A stretch of 64,000 nt of DNA from Callorhinchus milii (lineage: Eukaryota): the NCBI RefSeq assembly GCF_018977255.1, contig NW_024704744.1, positions 71,548,001 through 71,612,000 of the forward strand. The letters are read 5' to 3'. Position numbers and translations under genes: made by a program. Position 1 is the stretch's first letter; every line of letters begins with the position of its first letter. The notes below the pieces were generated by a model. The model was not told the DNA's origin. It saw only the letters and a program-made list of their open reading frames with translations, and ran no database searches. This document shows, piece by piece, positions 49,580 through 60,945 of the stretch.

Positions 49580-49960
49580 TGTCAGCCTAGCTCATTTGGT
49601 ATGACTCGTCTCTGAGTTAGAAGTTTGTGCGTTCAAGCCCTGTTTGGGGCCTTTGAACTCAGTGTAGGCTGACCGTCCAATATACAACAATAACTTGCAT
49701 TCATAGAACACTTTTCACGTGGGGTAGTGTCTAGGAGCGCTTGATCCGGAGGTGGGGTGGTGCTGGGTGGGTGCTGTGTCGAAGGTTCTGTCCTTCGGAT
49801 CCAACGTTAAACCAGGGTGCTGTCTATTCAGATGGATATGATAGATCCTATGACACTATCCAAAAAAAACAGGTGTTTCCACCAGTGACCTGGCCAGCAA
49901 TTCCCCAGATAAAATCAGTCAATTGTTTCATGGCTGCTTGTGGAACATTGCTGTATGCAG
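49580..49960 (+). mobile_element. Old Deu-domain SINE with a nested L2 tail
   Basis: tcagcctagctcatttggtatgactcgtctctgagttagaag...cgttaaaccagggtgctgtct...agatcctatgacactat. Confidence 0.6.
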
Positions 49961-50399
49961 AATTTTTCTCTTTGACCATATCTATGGTCACATGCATCTT
50001 TCCCCCACTGCTGTCCATTCTACACAGTGTCTGTCTTGCACCATTTCTGTAAAGTGCTCTGAGATATTGCTCTATGTTAATTAAGCGTGCTATGCAAATA
50101 CAACTTTGTTGACCTGGTGCCCACAACAGTCAGTGGAGGAAAAGCAATTGGAAACTGACTGGTTCCTAATGATGAAAGGAAGTTACAACCTTGATGTGTT
50201 TTCCAAATTTTTTTTTTGCAGAGGAGGTAAATAAAAATACTTGCATTTGATTTAGCGCCTTATCACGTCATCGATGTCTCAAAGCGCTTTGCAGGACACA
50301 CTGTAAAGTGGATTGACTGTATTTTGTGGGCGTATTATGGCAGCTAGTTTGCACTGAACATGTGTGGGGAAAAATGAAATGAACCCAGATCAACACCAA

Positions 50400-50750
50400 C
50401 AACTTGCAAGGTAGGTAGCGTCTCAGAGTGCTTAGCAGTGGCCAAACCTGACTCCGAGGAGTGTAAGGTGGCCGTAAGCACGGTCGAAGAGGAAAGTTTT
50501 CATACGGGACTTAGAAGACTTAAAGAGGGGAGAGAGGGGGCAAGTTTGAGGGATTGAGGGGGAGTGTTCTAGAGTTTTGAGACGTAGTGACTGAAACACA
50601 ACCTCCGATGGTGGGGCGGAGGGTGCGAGGGACGAGTAGGAGGCCGGTACCAGTCGAGCAGAGGCCACGGGTGGTGGATTGGGGAGTGAGGAAGTAAGGA
50701 GGTGCCAGGGAGTTAATGGATTTGAACACGATCAGTAGGTAAGTCCACTG
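50400..50750 (-). mobile_element. L2 LINE 3' fragment
   Basis: LLIVFKSINSLAPPY...MKTFLFDRAY. Confidence 0.75.
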
Positions 50751-52990
50751 AAGCACATTTTACTTTTTTTTATTGAAGGTCATTTCAAAATTTATTTTGC
50801 AAGATTAAGCAAGGCTGAAATAACTACATAACTTATGTGTATGAGTCCTTGCGTTGAAATTAAGTTTGCAATAAAGATTAATCCTCATTTTCCAGGTGAG
50901 AGCAGGTGACCTACTCACAGACCTCTGCTATTGTGTGAAATGGATATACAGTATGTGGTCTTTTTCTGTCTCCTGCTCTATGCCTCACACCCTCTTGGAG
51001 AAATATTTCACCTGTTCAATAGCTCAGTAGTGTGACAGGCTCCACAGGTATAGATCCACATTATTGCTGTGCAACCTTGTTGATAACGGTGACCACGACC
51101 AACTTGGGATGTGATTCTTCACCTCTTCTCTTCTGTTGTTAGATGTTGCCAGAGCTTGGATTCAGTGCTGTTCTCATCTCTGCAGAGTGAATGGCAAGAA
51201 TAGGTTTATTCTCACAGCACAGAAAGCAAAATGACTCAAATAATATTATTGGACTTACAGCTCTAGTCTTACTCTGGTTGCTGTTCCTTCTTCCCACACT
51301 CGATTGTGGTTTACCCAAAATGTTAACTTGTTTTTCTTTCGGTGGCTCAACATATAGTATTCAATTTCAAGTTTCTGTTGCCCCATTTTTCGAACCCATT
51401 CCCAGTGCTTTTATTAATTTCTTTCTTCATTTGTTTTTGTAACTTGATTGCCTGTCTAACTATTAAAGAGACCAGTCACTAATTCAGGTCTGAATTTTCA
51501 TATCCAAAATGTTAACTCTTTCGTTTACAAACTGATTGATGTCAAACATTTCTGTTTATTTTGTACTTTTTAGTGCACATATGCAAATTGTTAATTATCC
51601 TGAAGTGAGAAATTGCATTTTTTTTAGTATTCAACAGGCATCTTAATATTAAAATTTTGTGAGCCTGATTGATTTATGCTTTATCCCTATTGAGTGTGAC
51701 GTTGGATCATTGAGTTGTGGCAGTAGTACACTACTAAAATTACACGTTTGTCATTTGTACTTCAATTTATGGTATGAAATGTTGTGATTGAGCTTTGTAT
51801 ATGCATTTGAGGATAGACTGATTGGCTTGTATTGTATGCAGTGTACATCCACCCTGTCTCATACTGCATTCTTAATGGAATTAGATTGGGAAAAGGGCAG
51901 AAAATGCTAAAAGTTTGGATATCATGTGAATCCTAATGTATATTAGGACTTGCAGGAGGAAAGCGTGGTGGAAAAAAAAGGGAATTTATAAGCCTTTCTG
52001 ACTATTGTCTGCTGGTGTCTTGCGCTATCTTTGTTAATCCATAATAATCTTCAACAAAATAACTGCTTATAGGTGTTGAAATGTAATATTTATTACAACA
52101 AAAACCCTTTAGAGGTCATGCTTCAGTCCTAGCCATAAGATTGTACTCCTGCAGGCCAGAGGCTTAGAACTGTTAATTTTTAAAACTTTGTGCGGTTCTA
52201 CCAGATTATTTTATGCTGTTGTGCACAAGGCTCTGTTCATAATGAGCATGTTTTCTAGATAGTACCATATTTGTGCTTGAAACTATGGTAATCTGGTCTT
52301 GGCTTTTTCAAATCTGCAGGTGGATTTAGTGTAATTTCCCCAATTTATATAAGTGATCCAGTGTTTTTTTTAAAATATGCAAACACGTGAAAATTTTAAC
52401 GCATCTTAAAGCTTAATATTTAGAGTCAAACAGCCGGTTAGAAATACAATATACAGGAGGAACAGCAAATTAGAAATAATATTTCTGTTATAACTTTATC
52501 TCTTTCCCCAGATCATATCACGTTGTGTTTTGGAAAACAATGTTATGTAATATAGCTTGGCTTTTTCAATTCCTGTCACTTAGGTAATCAAATCCAAAGT
52601 GCAGTATGACGTATCTTGCAACCTGAAATGGTGATCGTGGAACAGTTCTAGCAAAATTTATAAAAGTCACAATTTGTTTTGTTTCTGTTTGTACTGGATT
52701 AGATGTTACAAGCCCTATTCAGAAAATAAAGAACAGAATGAGCTGTTTACTGATACATGTAATGAATGTGTTTAAAGAGCCTCAACCTACTCAAAAATGG
52801 AAGGGGATTAAAAGTTACTGGGCAGGTATCTTACCGGTGGTTTTGAGAGACTGATAGATTAGTTTATTTGTTCAACACGATTCCCCCCCCCCCCCCATGG
52901 GTTTTACGTCATGGTAACACTGAATTGAACCCTAATTTTATTTTATTGTGCGATAGTTGATCAAAGGATTAGCAATAGCTGAGTTTTTAG

Positions 52991-53230
52991 CAAAACGCAA
53001 AATACTGCAGATGCTGGAAATCTGAAACAAAAACAGAAGTTGCTGGGAACACTCAGCAGGTCAGGCAGCATCTATGGAGAAAGAAAAGTGAGTTCACGTT
53101 TCGGGTCTACAACCCTTTGTCAGAACAGATTCTGATGAAGGGTTGTGGTGAAGGGTCGAGGACCTGAAACATTGACTCATTTCCTTTCTCCATAGATGCT
53201 GCCTGACCTGCTGAGTGTTCCCAGTGACTT
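52991..53230. mobile_element. Penelope-derived inverted-repeat element with hammerhead-like cores and 12-bp TSD
   Basis: Arms 53034-53125 and 53130-53233 are reverse complements; ctgagtttttag flanks at 52979-52990 and 53231-53242; CTGATGA at 53132 and GAAAC at 53166. Confidence 0.75.
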
Positions 53231-54794
53231 CTGAGTTTTTAGTTGTTGCCTTTTGTCTATATTCTAGAGTCAGCTCTCATTAGGGTTAAATGTCTGGATG
53301 ATATTGACCCTGTTTTATCTTAGTTTCAAAATAAAATTACTTCAGATTAATGGTCTACAAATCCCTGGTTTAGGAAAGTATGTAATGAATAAGAAATCTC
53401 TAGAAAGATCTTGAAATGTGGGTTAATGATTTTTAGTTCCTCCGAGTAACTGAATGAAGGGGAATTGGATTTTCACAAGTTAACTTGTTATTCATACAAA
53501 AATAATGGAATTTTTATACTCTTGTGCTTTTTTAAATATATCAGTAAAAGGCAAATGTCCATTCTGCAGCAGCTCGAACAGAACTGAACAAAGCTTGGGT
53601 GATCATAACTTTGATTTCTGAAACCAATTTTTAGTGACATTCATGACCCAATACTGAATTTATATTTCTACCATGCCTTTCATGTCAGGAAGAATTCCCA
53701 AAGTACTGAAATATCCTTGCATTGTAACCCCATGAGCAAGTGATTCGGCCGGATCACCTCTCCCACCCGGTGGTGAGCCCAGTCTGAGCCTCTTAGACAT
53801 ATCATGCTTCTTGAGCAAACTTTATCAAACTTTACCATTTCTAACTTCAGTTTGGCTGATTTTGCTTTTCCTTCAATGGGACTAGCTGCTGCTGCCAGAG
53901 TTTATACTTTCTGATGTTTAGAAGGTTCTTCTGGAGGGGATTTTCCAACCTGGCAATATAATGTTGATGTAGGGGAACCCTACCCTGCAGGAAACAATTG
54001 GACAGTAAAAAGGATTAAAAAAAAGAGTAAAAATTTAGTTATTAGCAAGGATTTGGAAGAATTTGCTTCTGTAGCAAGGGGTAAATGGAGAGAAGATTTA
54101 GAGAAAGGTGTGATTTTGGCCTCTGGGGTGGAGTGGAATTCTTTCAAAGGGTGGAGCTGCTGAGATTTGTAAACATCAGATTTCATAATTGTTTTTTGTG
54201 CTTTGAGCTTTGCATCCTGTTGGTTATGCTTGTTGTGCGTGGAAATGGTACTTTGATACAAAAGCTGTTTTTTAACCTTTGTGTTTGATTTTAGTTTTGC
54301 TGATTTTTATTTTCCAATTTCACTTCTGTTTTCAGGAAGTTTTCAGTTTCGGGTTACAATTCCTGTTCATTCCTAATTTACAGATTTTTTTTGTCTCTTT
54401 GGTCTTTCTAATCATTCAAAATGCTATTAATTTCTGAATTTGCCACAACTTGTCAAAAACAATTGTTATGAGGAGTACATGATGTTATGTTGCCAGGTAA
54501 TGCCACATTCCCTGTTGGACTGGTAGGTAAAGCAGTTCTACACTTTGCTTTCAGCTAATTGATTGAAATGCATCACTTAAGATGGGTGCCTCATAGTCCT
54601 AACCTAAATACATGAATTACCACTGTCGGCATTCCACTTAAGTAAATCGACTGGTTTAGAACAGAAGCTAATGAAAGCTTGAATTATAATACTGTACTGC
54701 CAGTATTTTTGAAGGAATTAATTTTGAAATAATGTGGTTCAGTTCACTTAGTTTTGTGTCAAAGTTTGTCCTGCAGCAAATCTAGTATGATAAC

Positions 54795-55285
54795 ATCAAC
54801 AACTTGGATTTATATAGCGCCCTCCACGCCGGACGGTGTCTCAGAGCGCTTCACAGTAACGGATCCCGGGGCCGAGCCAGAGGGAGTGGGAGGAAGGTGA
54901 CCAAAGGCGCGGTTGAAAAGAAAGGTCTTCAGGCCTGAAAATAGGAAGAGAGGGGCAAGGCCAAGGGAGTGAGGAAGGGAGTTCCAGAGCCTTGGGGTAT
55001 AGTGGCTGAAGGCACGGTTACCGAGAGTGGAGTGGAGGACTCGGGGGATAAGGAGGAGGCCAGAAGGCAATGGGCACTATTTTGAGGAGAGAGGTGGTCA
55101 GAGAGGTAGGGGGGTGCAGAGCAGTGGAGGGATTTGAATACAAGGGTGAATATCTTGAAGTCGATCCTCTCTGGGACAGGCAGCCAGTGCCGTGTGGCAA
55201 GGACTGGGGTAATCGGGGAGCGGAGGTTGGTGCGGGTGAGAATGCGGGTGGCAGAGTTTTGAATAATCTGGATTTTATGGATGAT
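54795..55285 (-). mobile_element. L2 LINE 3' fragment (same subfamily as 6063-6706)
   Basis: GNRAFSHYTPRLWNSLP...LKTFLFNRAF; tail reverse ggagggcgctatataaatccaagttgttg. Confidence 0.85.
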
Positions 55286-57074
55286 CTCTCCAGAATGTTA
55301 ACAATTTTTAAAATGTTGTTTTCTAGTATCAGATTGCTCTAGTTTTAATACCAGTTGTCTGACTTTGCTGCCTGGAGAAAGAATGGGAGAAGATCGGATA
55401 CCATTGTGGAGACTTCTAATAGATGAGCTGCTGTTGGTCTCCAGAATTCAGTTGCCACTTTCAAACCAATACTTGCTGTGAGCCTTTCTAGAGTACTTAG
55501 CTATAACATGGCAATAGTCAGTAGTGTGGGAGAGCAGCATTATGAAATGAAGCACATTTTTCAAGGAATCCTAGGGTATGGCAAGTATCACCAGCACTCT
55601 GCAGAAGATGGTTCATTTGAATTTCTTTTTTTCAATAGATTTATCAATTTACCACTTGAAATTTAAGGATTAGAAGGAATTGAGAAACTGTGCTATTCTG
55701 CTTGAAATTCCAAATTTGACTCGTTCTGGAAACAATGAATAAACTGGCCATAATTTTAATTTGGTGGCTGCCACCAGGTTTGACGTCCCATTAATTTAGG
55801 AAGTATCAAACAGTTTACTTATAACTGGCTAGAGTGTAAATATTATTCTCAACAAAGGGAACCATTTTTATAAAATGTACTTAATTTTACTTGTTTTCAG
55901 ATTGATGTTCTGTTCGAATTATTTTAATTTGGGACTAGGGAAGATATGATGCGGAAGTGAATTTGACTCATGTTGCTCTGCTACTGACTGCATCGTTGAT
56001 TCCCAAAATCTTAGCTCCTCTCTATAGATGACCAGTACTGCAAAATTACCAGATTTTCCTGCGTCTGCCAAGACCCAACTCCTTCAGTCTTATTGCTCAT
56101 TATCACTGCAAACGGGAGGTTATCAAACAACTTTATAGTTTGAAGAATTTGCTTGTAAAAGCTACTTTGCTTACGTATATGTAGCAAACCAAAAGGAACT
56201 GGTAATCAAATTAAACTTGTCCAAGAAAATACCAGACTATTATGGGACAGTTGGCAGGGTGTAATTTGTCATTTCAGCAAGTCTGGAGCAGTACTTATTA
56301 AGGCTCGTAGAATATGTTAAGGTTTCTGATCAATACAAACTAGACTATTTATCTCTCTTTAAAAGAACAAGGATTGTGAGGATTAACCACCTCCTAGTTA
56401 TTGAAATGCTATTATAAATGCTTACAAATGATTACATTCTCTTTACCCATCCTAGATTTATAGTGTCCTTGGATCGAAGGTGAAAGTAACACTAAAATAA
56501 CACTTAAAAAAAAAAGTTGTATTGGAGAAATAGCTAACGTTTTGTTTCTGGCTACAGGTGATACAAACTTTCAACATGTTTTCTCTGGATTGGAAGAGCC
56601 GCAGGGAGCAATCTTGGAGGAATTAGAAAGACTGAGAGATAAACCTCCAGATATAGGTTGCAGCATGGATGGTAATTAATGTAGAAACTTTGAGGGAAAA
56701 CTGAACAACCTAGCCTCAAAAGATTTTGTTTAAATTTCAGTTTGTACTAACCGTTCCTGTTTGAAATTTATTTAGTTTCAATACTCAAAGCATGCAGAGC
56801 ACCAGTGCATTAACTAATCTTGAGTGATCTAAAATCCTCTGACACAAGCACATATTTTTTCAAAAAAGCTTTTTGTGTTGTTGAGGTAATAATAATATTA
56901 ATAATCCTTGTGGAGGTAATGCAAGTTAATCGAAATTAAACCTAATGCTGTATCTCATTTAAAGATGAAATTACTGTCCCGCAACACATGGGAGCAGTGC
57001 CCACAGAATCTGCATCTGAAGGGTTGCTGTACAGTCTTTGGATTTGTGAAAATCTGAAGAAGTGGAGATCTGTG

Positions 57075-57585
57075 TGCCATTCTGGTCACCATACTATAGG
57101 AAGGATATTGTAGCATTGGAGAGAGAGTGAAAAGTAGATGTAGAATACTTAGAATAACCAGGGTTAAGTGGATACAGCTATCAAGGATTGGACAGATTGG
57201 AACGCAATTGAGATAAAATACCTGAGAGGGGACCTGATAGAGGTGTTTACAATTGTGAAAGGTTTAGTTAAAGTGGAGGTTCATAAGCTGTTTTAACTTG
57301 TTGATGATCTCTGAAACCAGGGGACATAAAAATGATAGCCGGTATCCGATCTTAAAGGGAGTTTGGGAGGAATTTCTTTATAAGAATGTGGAGCTGTCAG
57401 CCAGAATCTGTGGTTGAAGCAAAAAGCATCAAAGTATTTAAGAGAAACATGATACGTGGGGGTGAAGGGAACAAGGAGGGGGGCTGGGAGATTAGGAGGG
57501 TGGGGTCTCATGTGAAGTTCAAACACCAGCATAGAATAGTTGGGCTAAATGGTCCTTTCCCAGAAATGTTCTATTTTCACCTATA
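57075..57585 (+). mobile_element. CR1 LINE 3' fragment
   Basis: ttctggtcaccatactataggaaggat...ctgagaggggacctgatagaggtgtttac...gttgggctaaatggtcct. Confidence 0.8.
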
Positions 57586-59389
57586 AGTACACAATCGCTA
57601 CCCTTCACAATAAAATCCTGTGAGCTGATTTGCGACATCTCGTCAACATGGTAAAGCACTGTATTAAATGTAAGGATTATTTAATTTTATGAATTAGTCT
57701 GAAAAAGAGCTGAGGCTCGGGTTTAAGACCATATACTCCGCAATTCTGATCCCTATGTCTCTTTTTAAATTAGATTTGTGTTACCCTTGTTATTAGCATT
57801 AGTCCAAAGCATCCAACTGCCTATTATTTAATATGTATTCAGTTTCGCAAAGAAATGATACCATGAGGCTTGTAGGAGAATTGTAATGAAAATAGAAGGT
57901 TCCATTCTAGGTATGGTAAGGGTAAAGTGAGTTTTACTCTTAACTTTTATTTTATGGTATTCTGATCCAGAAGTCCTTTCTTAAGAAACGCAGGACTGTT
58001 AGCATTGGTATCAACATTTAAAGCAGACAATTCTCAAGAACTAATTGATGCAGGTGGTAAGAGATTGTGAAATGCTAATCTGTTAATAGCTTTTTAAGTG
58101 GAGAATTCTGTTTATTTGTGGGCGTAGCTTAAAAACATGCATACTTAACAGAAAATAATAGTCCTGAAAGGGTAACATCTATTGTGCTGTGTCAATGACA
58201 CAACTTGTCTTAAACGTTTTGTGCTATAATTGTCCATAATACATTTTAATGATCAAAAGTAGTTTTAAAAAAGACTTAAAAAACTAGATGTTCATGGTAT
58301 CATGGTGTGTGAGGTTTGACACTTGTCTTTCATAGGTGAGTGTAATCAAACTTATGCTAAGTATAGAATCTCTTGATCAGTTTATCAACTAGGACAACCT
58401 AGTTTTCTGTTCTGTTTATTTATTGTGGGGATCCGTATCTCTTTCCATTGGTTCCTGGTAATGTGGATAAATTGGCAAAAGCGGAGAATAATCTGTAATC
58501 TTGGAAATCTGAAATAAAAGCCGAGCACGACTCTGAAAAGATGAGCTGTGACACTATTAAATGATGATCAACCTAGAAATAATGTTTCTCGCCCCCTTTC
58601 TATTTTTGGAAAGCAAAGGACAGAGTCTAAGTCTAATTCAGGTGCTTCTCGTGACCTTGGGAGTCTGCCTGTGACAAATTACCTTCCACCTTTGTTCTGA
58701 TATCTTGGACGCATGAGTATCAAAGTTGAGATGTTCACTCACATTAGAACTTTATGGGTAATTTCTGCTCGACAGGTAATTGTAGTTGAAGCTGCAGATG
58801 TACATTTGCTCTTGTTTTTTGTGCACAATTCTATTATCAATTTTGACTAGCAGAACTCACATATCACTGACACCAGGTCAAGCATGTGAACATCTAGATA
58901 TTGATATTTGCATGAATGATTATAGTTTCTGTTTTCTCTTTATATACTCGTGCACCCATGGAAAATGCTATTGTGTAACAAGATTTTAACCACCTGCTAT
59001 TTTCTGCATACTTTGACATGTTCTTTATTGTAATGTTTTACTATATTTGTTAACACATTTTCACACCACAGTGTGAGACTATCTGCCACTACTGCCTGTA
59101 TTACTAAATCTGTAATTAACCTCTATCCAGCTCTTCCTATATCCTTTAACTGCCTGGGTGTTTCGAGTTCCCTTTATACGTGAATTCACAAATGTTAAAC
59201 TGTGGGTCTATGGGTGCTTAAGTGAATGTTTCTCACATTTTCTGTACCCCTTGCTAATTCTGTCATCTAGTCCATTTAATTTGATTTGTTTTCTTAAGTG
59301 TCTTAAACTTGGTACATTGTCTAATGAGTAAAGGGGTAGCACAATACCAAGTCTTGCAGAGTCAGAGAGGCATTTAGGGATTCTAATAT

Positions 59390-59670
59390 TGTCTTTAAAT
59401 CAAGGAAAGAGAAAAATCGAGTTCTTATCCCTGATTACTTTGCAGTGACCCTATTTGAGAAGTCATTGACATCACGTGAGGGTGGCATCATTCTTGGCTG
59501 AACAAAATGTTTTTTCTCGAATAAATTGCCACGGCTTTAAATAAATGATTTCCACTCATAAACAGTCTTCAATCATTTATTGTATAAGCTTGCACATGAA
59601 AAATATCTATTTTAGCGAATAGTGGCTATGTATCCCAGTGAGTCTGCATTTTTAGGAGAGGAGGAAAAAA
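59390..59670 (+). mobile_element. LF-SINE-like element
   Basis: ctgattactttgcagtgacccta...gcttgcacatgaaaaata...tatcccagtgagtctgcatttttaggagaggaggaaaaaa. Confidence 0.5.
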
Positions 59671-60167
59671 TTGATGGAGGAAAAAATTGATGGGTATGTA
59701 CAATTAACATCTCTGAGCTACCAAGGTAGGAGTCATATGTGGCCAATATTTTGGTTGCCATGTCATTTGGAACCACTGTTCATTGGTCTATGGATTTATA
59801 TGCATTGTGAAGCACATTTATGCTTCACTCCTTCCTGAGTTTTGTTTGGAACCAGAGCTTAAAGAGCAACTAGAACATATGGAAAATTTAGAAGGTTGTT
59901 GCACAATATTTATGGTACCACAATAAAGTGTTTTACATTTGTGATTACCTACCTACCTACAAATTGAACGGGCCTTTAATTTTAATCCACTAGCAAAGCA
60001 TCTTCAGTGGAAACGTTTCAGGGTCTTCCAAGAAGATTTTGAGATAGATGTGCACTGGTAAGATTGCAATATTCGCTGATGTGGTGTTAGTGATAAATCT
60101 AGAAATTGGCCTAGAAGTTAGTGTTTTTTTAAACAAAAACCTAATTTTTGGTTTAATTTAAAAACAG

Positions 60168-60415
60168 GTGACTTTGGTATCCAGGATGTTCAAATGAATT
60201 CAGACGACGTACCTATGAAAGAAGCTAGGCCAGTGCAAGTAGTGTTGGCTCATGAAGATGACCATCATTTTGATCTGGATGAAGAGGCCCTTGAGCGGAT
60301 TCTATTGCAAGAACACATTCGGGACTTGAATGTTGTGGTTGTTTCTGTGGCTGGAGCATTTCGTAAAGGCAAATCATTTCTCTTGGACTTCATGCTGAGA
60401 TACATGTACAATCAG
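60168..60415 (+). CDS. ATL2: Atlastin-2 coding exon 2 (start of the GTPase domain with the P-loop); gene continues beyond the window
   Basis: [82 protein letters not shown]; [23 protein letters not shown] is ATL2-typical; acceptor aaacAG, donor CAG|GTAAGC. Confidence 0.96.
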
Positions 60416-60669
60416 GTAAGCAACAATGTTAATGCTTTATATAATGCTTCTCATAATTGAACAAAATATCACTTATACTAATCTTAACGTTAAGGTGGTT
60501 TAAATTACAAATTTGGGTGATAAAGATATGGTTATAAATTCCATAGCTGCATCTAGAACATTTGTTAACAGAGAAAATAACCATTAGCTGATACCAATTT
60601 TTCAATCTCTTGATTAATCCTGATCCTGAATTGTACTTGGAAGGCATTTTCAAAATCACATATTATGGG

Positions 60670-60945
60670 CGCACACTTAGTCTCGGCTGACACTCCAGTG
60701 CATTGGTGGGAGTACTCTGCAGTGTTGGAGATGCTGTCTTTCAGATCCCATGGTACGATAGAATTTCTCCCGGTATCCTGGTGAATAAACCCTCAGATAA
60801 AATTGGTCATTCACTTGATGGCGGTTTGTGTGTGCAAATTTACTGCTGTTTGTCTACCAAATAGATCAATAAACTTTACAGTAAATTGTGTAAAGTGCTT
60901 TACGGTATTGCAACATCCTCCAGATGTGAAAGGCACACAAATTAT
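60670..60945 (+). mobile_element. Old Deu-domain SINE
   Basis: gtctcggctgacactccagtg...gcagtgttggagatgctgtctttcagat...aattggtcattcacttgatggcggtttgtg. Confidence 0.65.
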
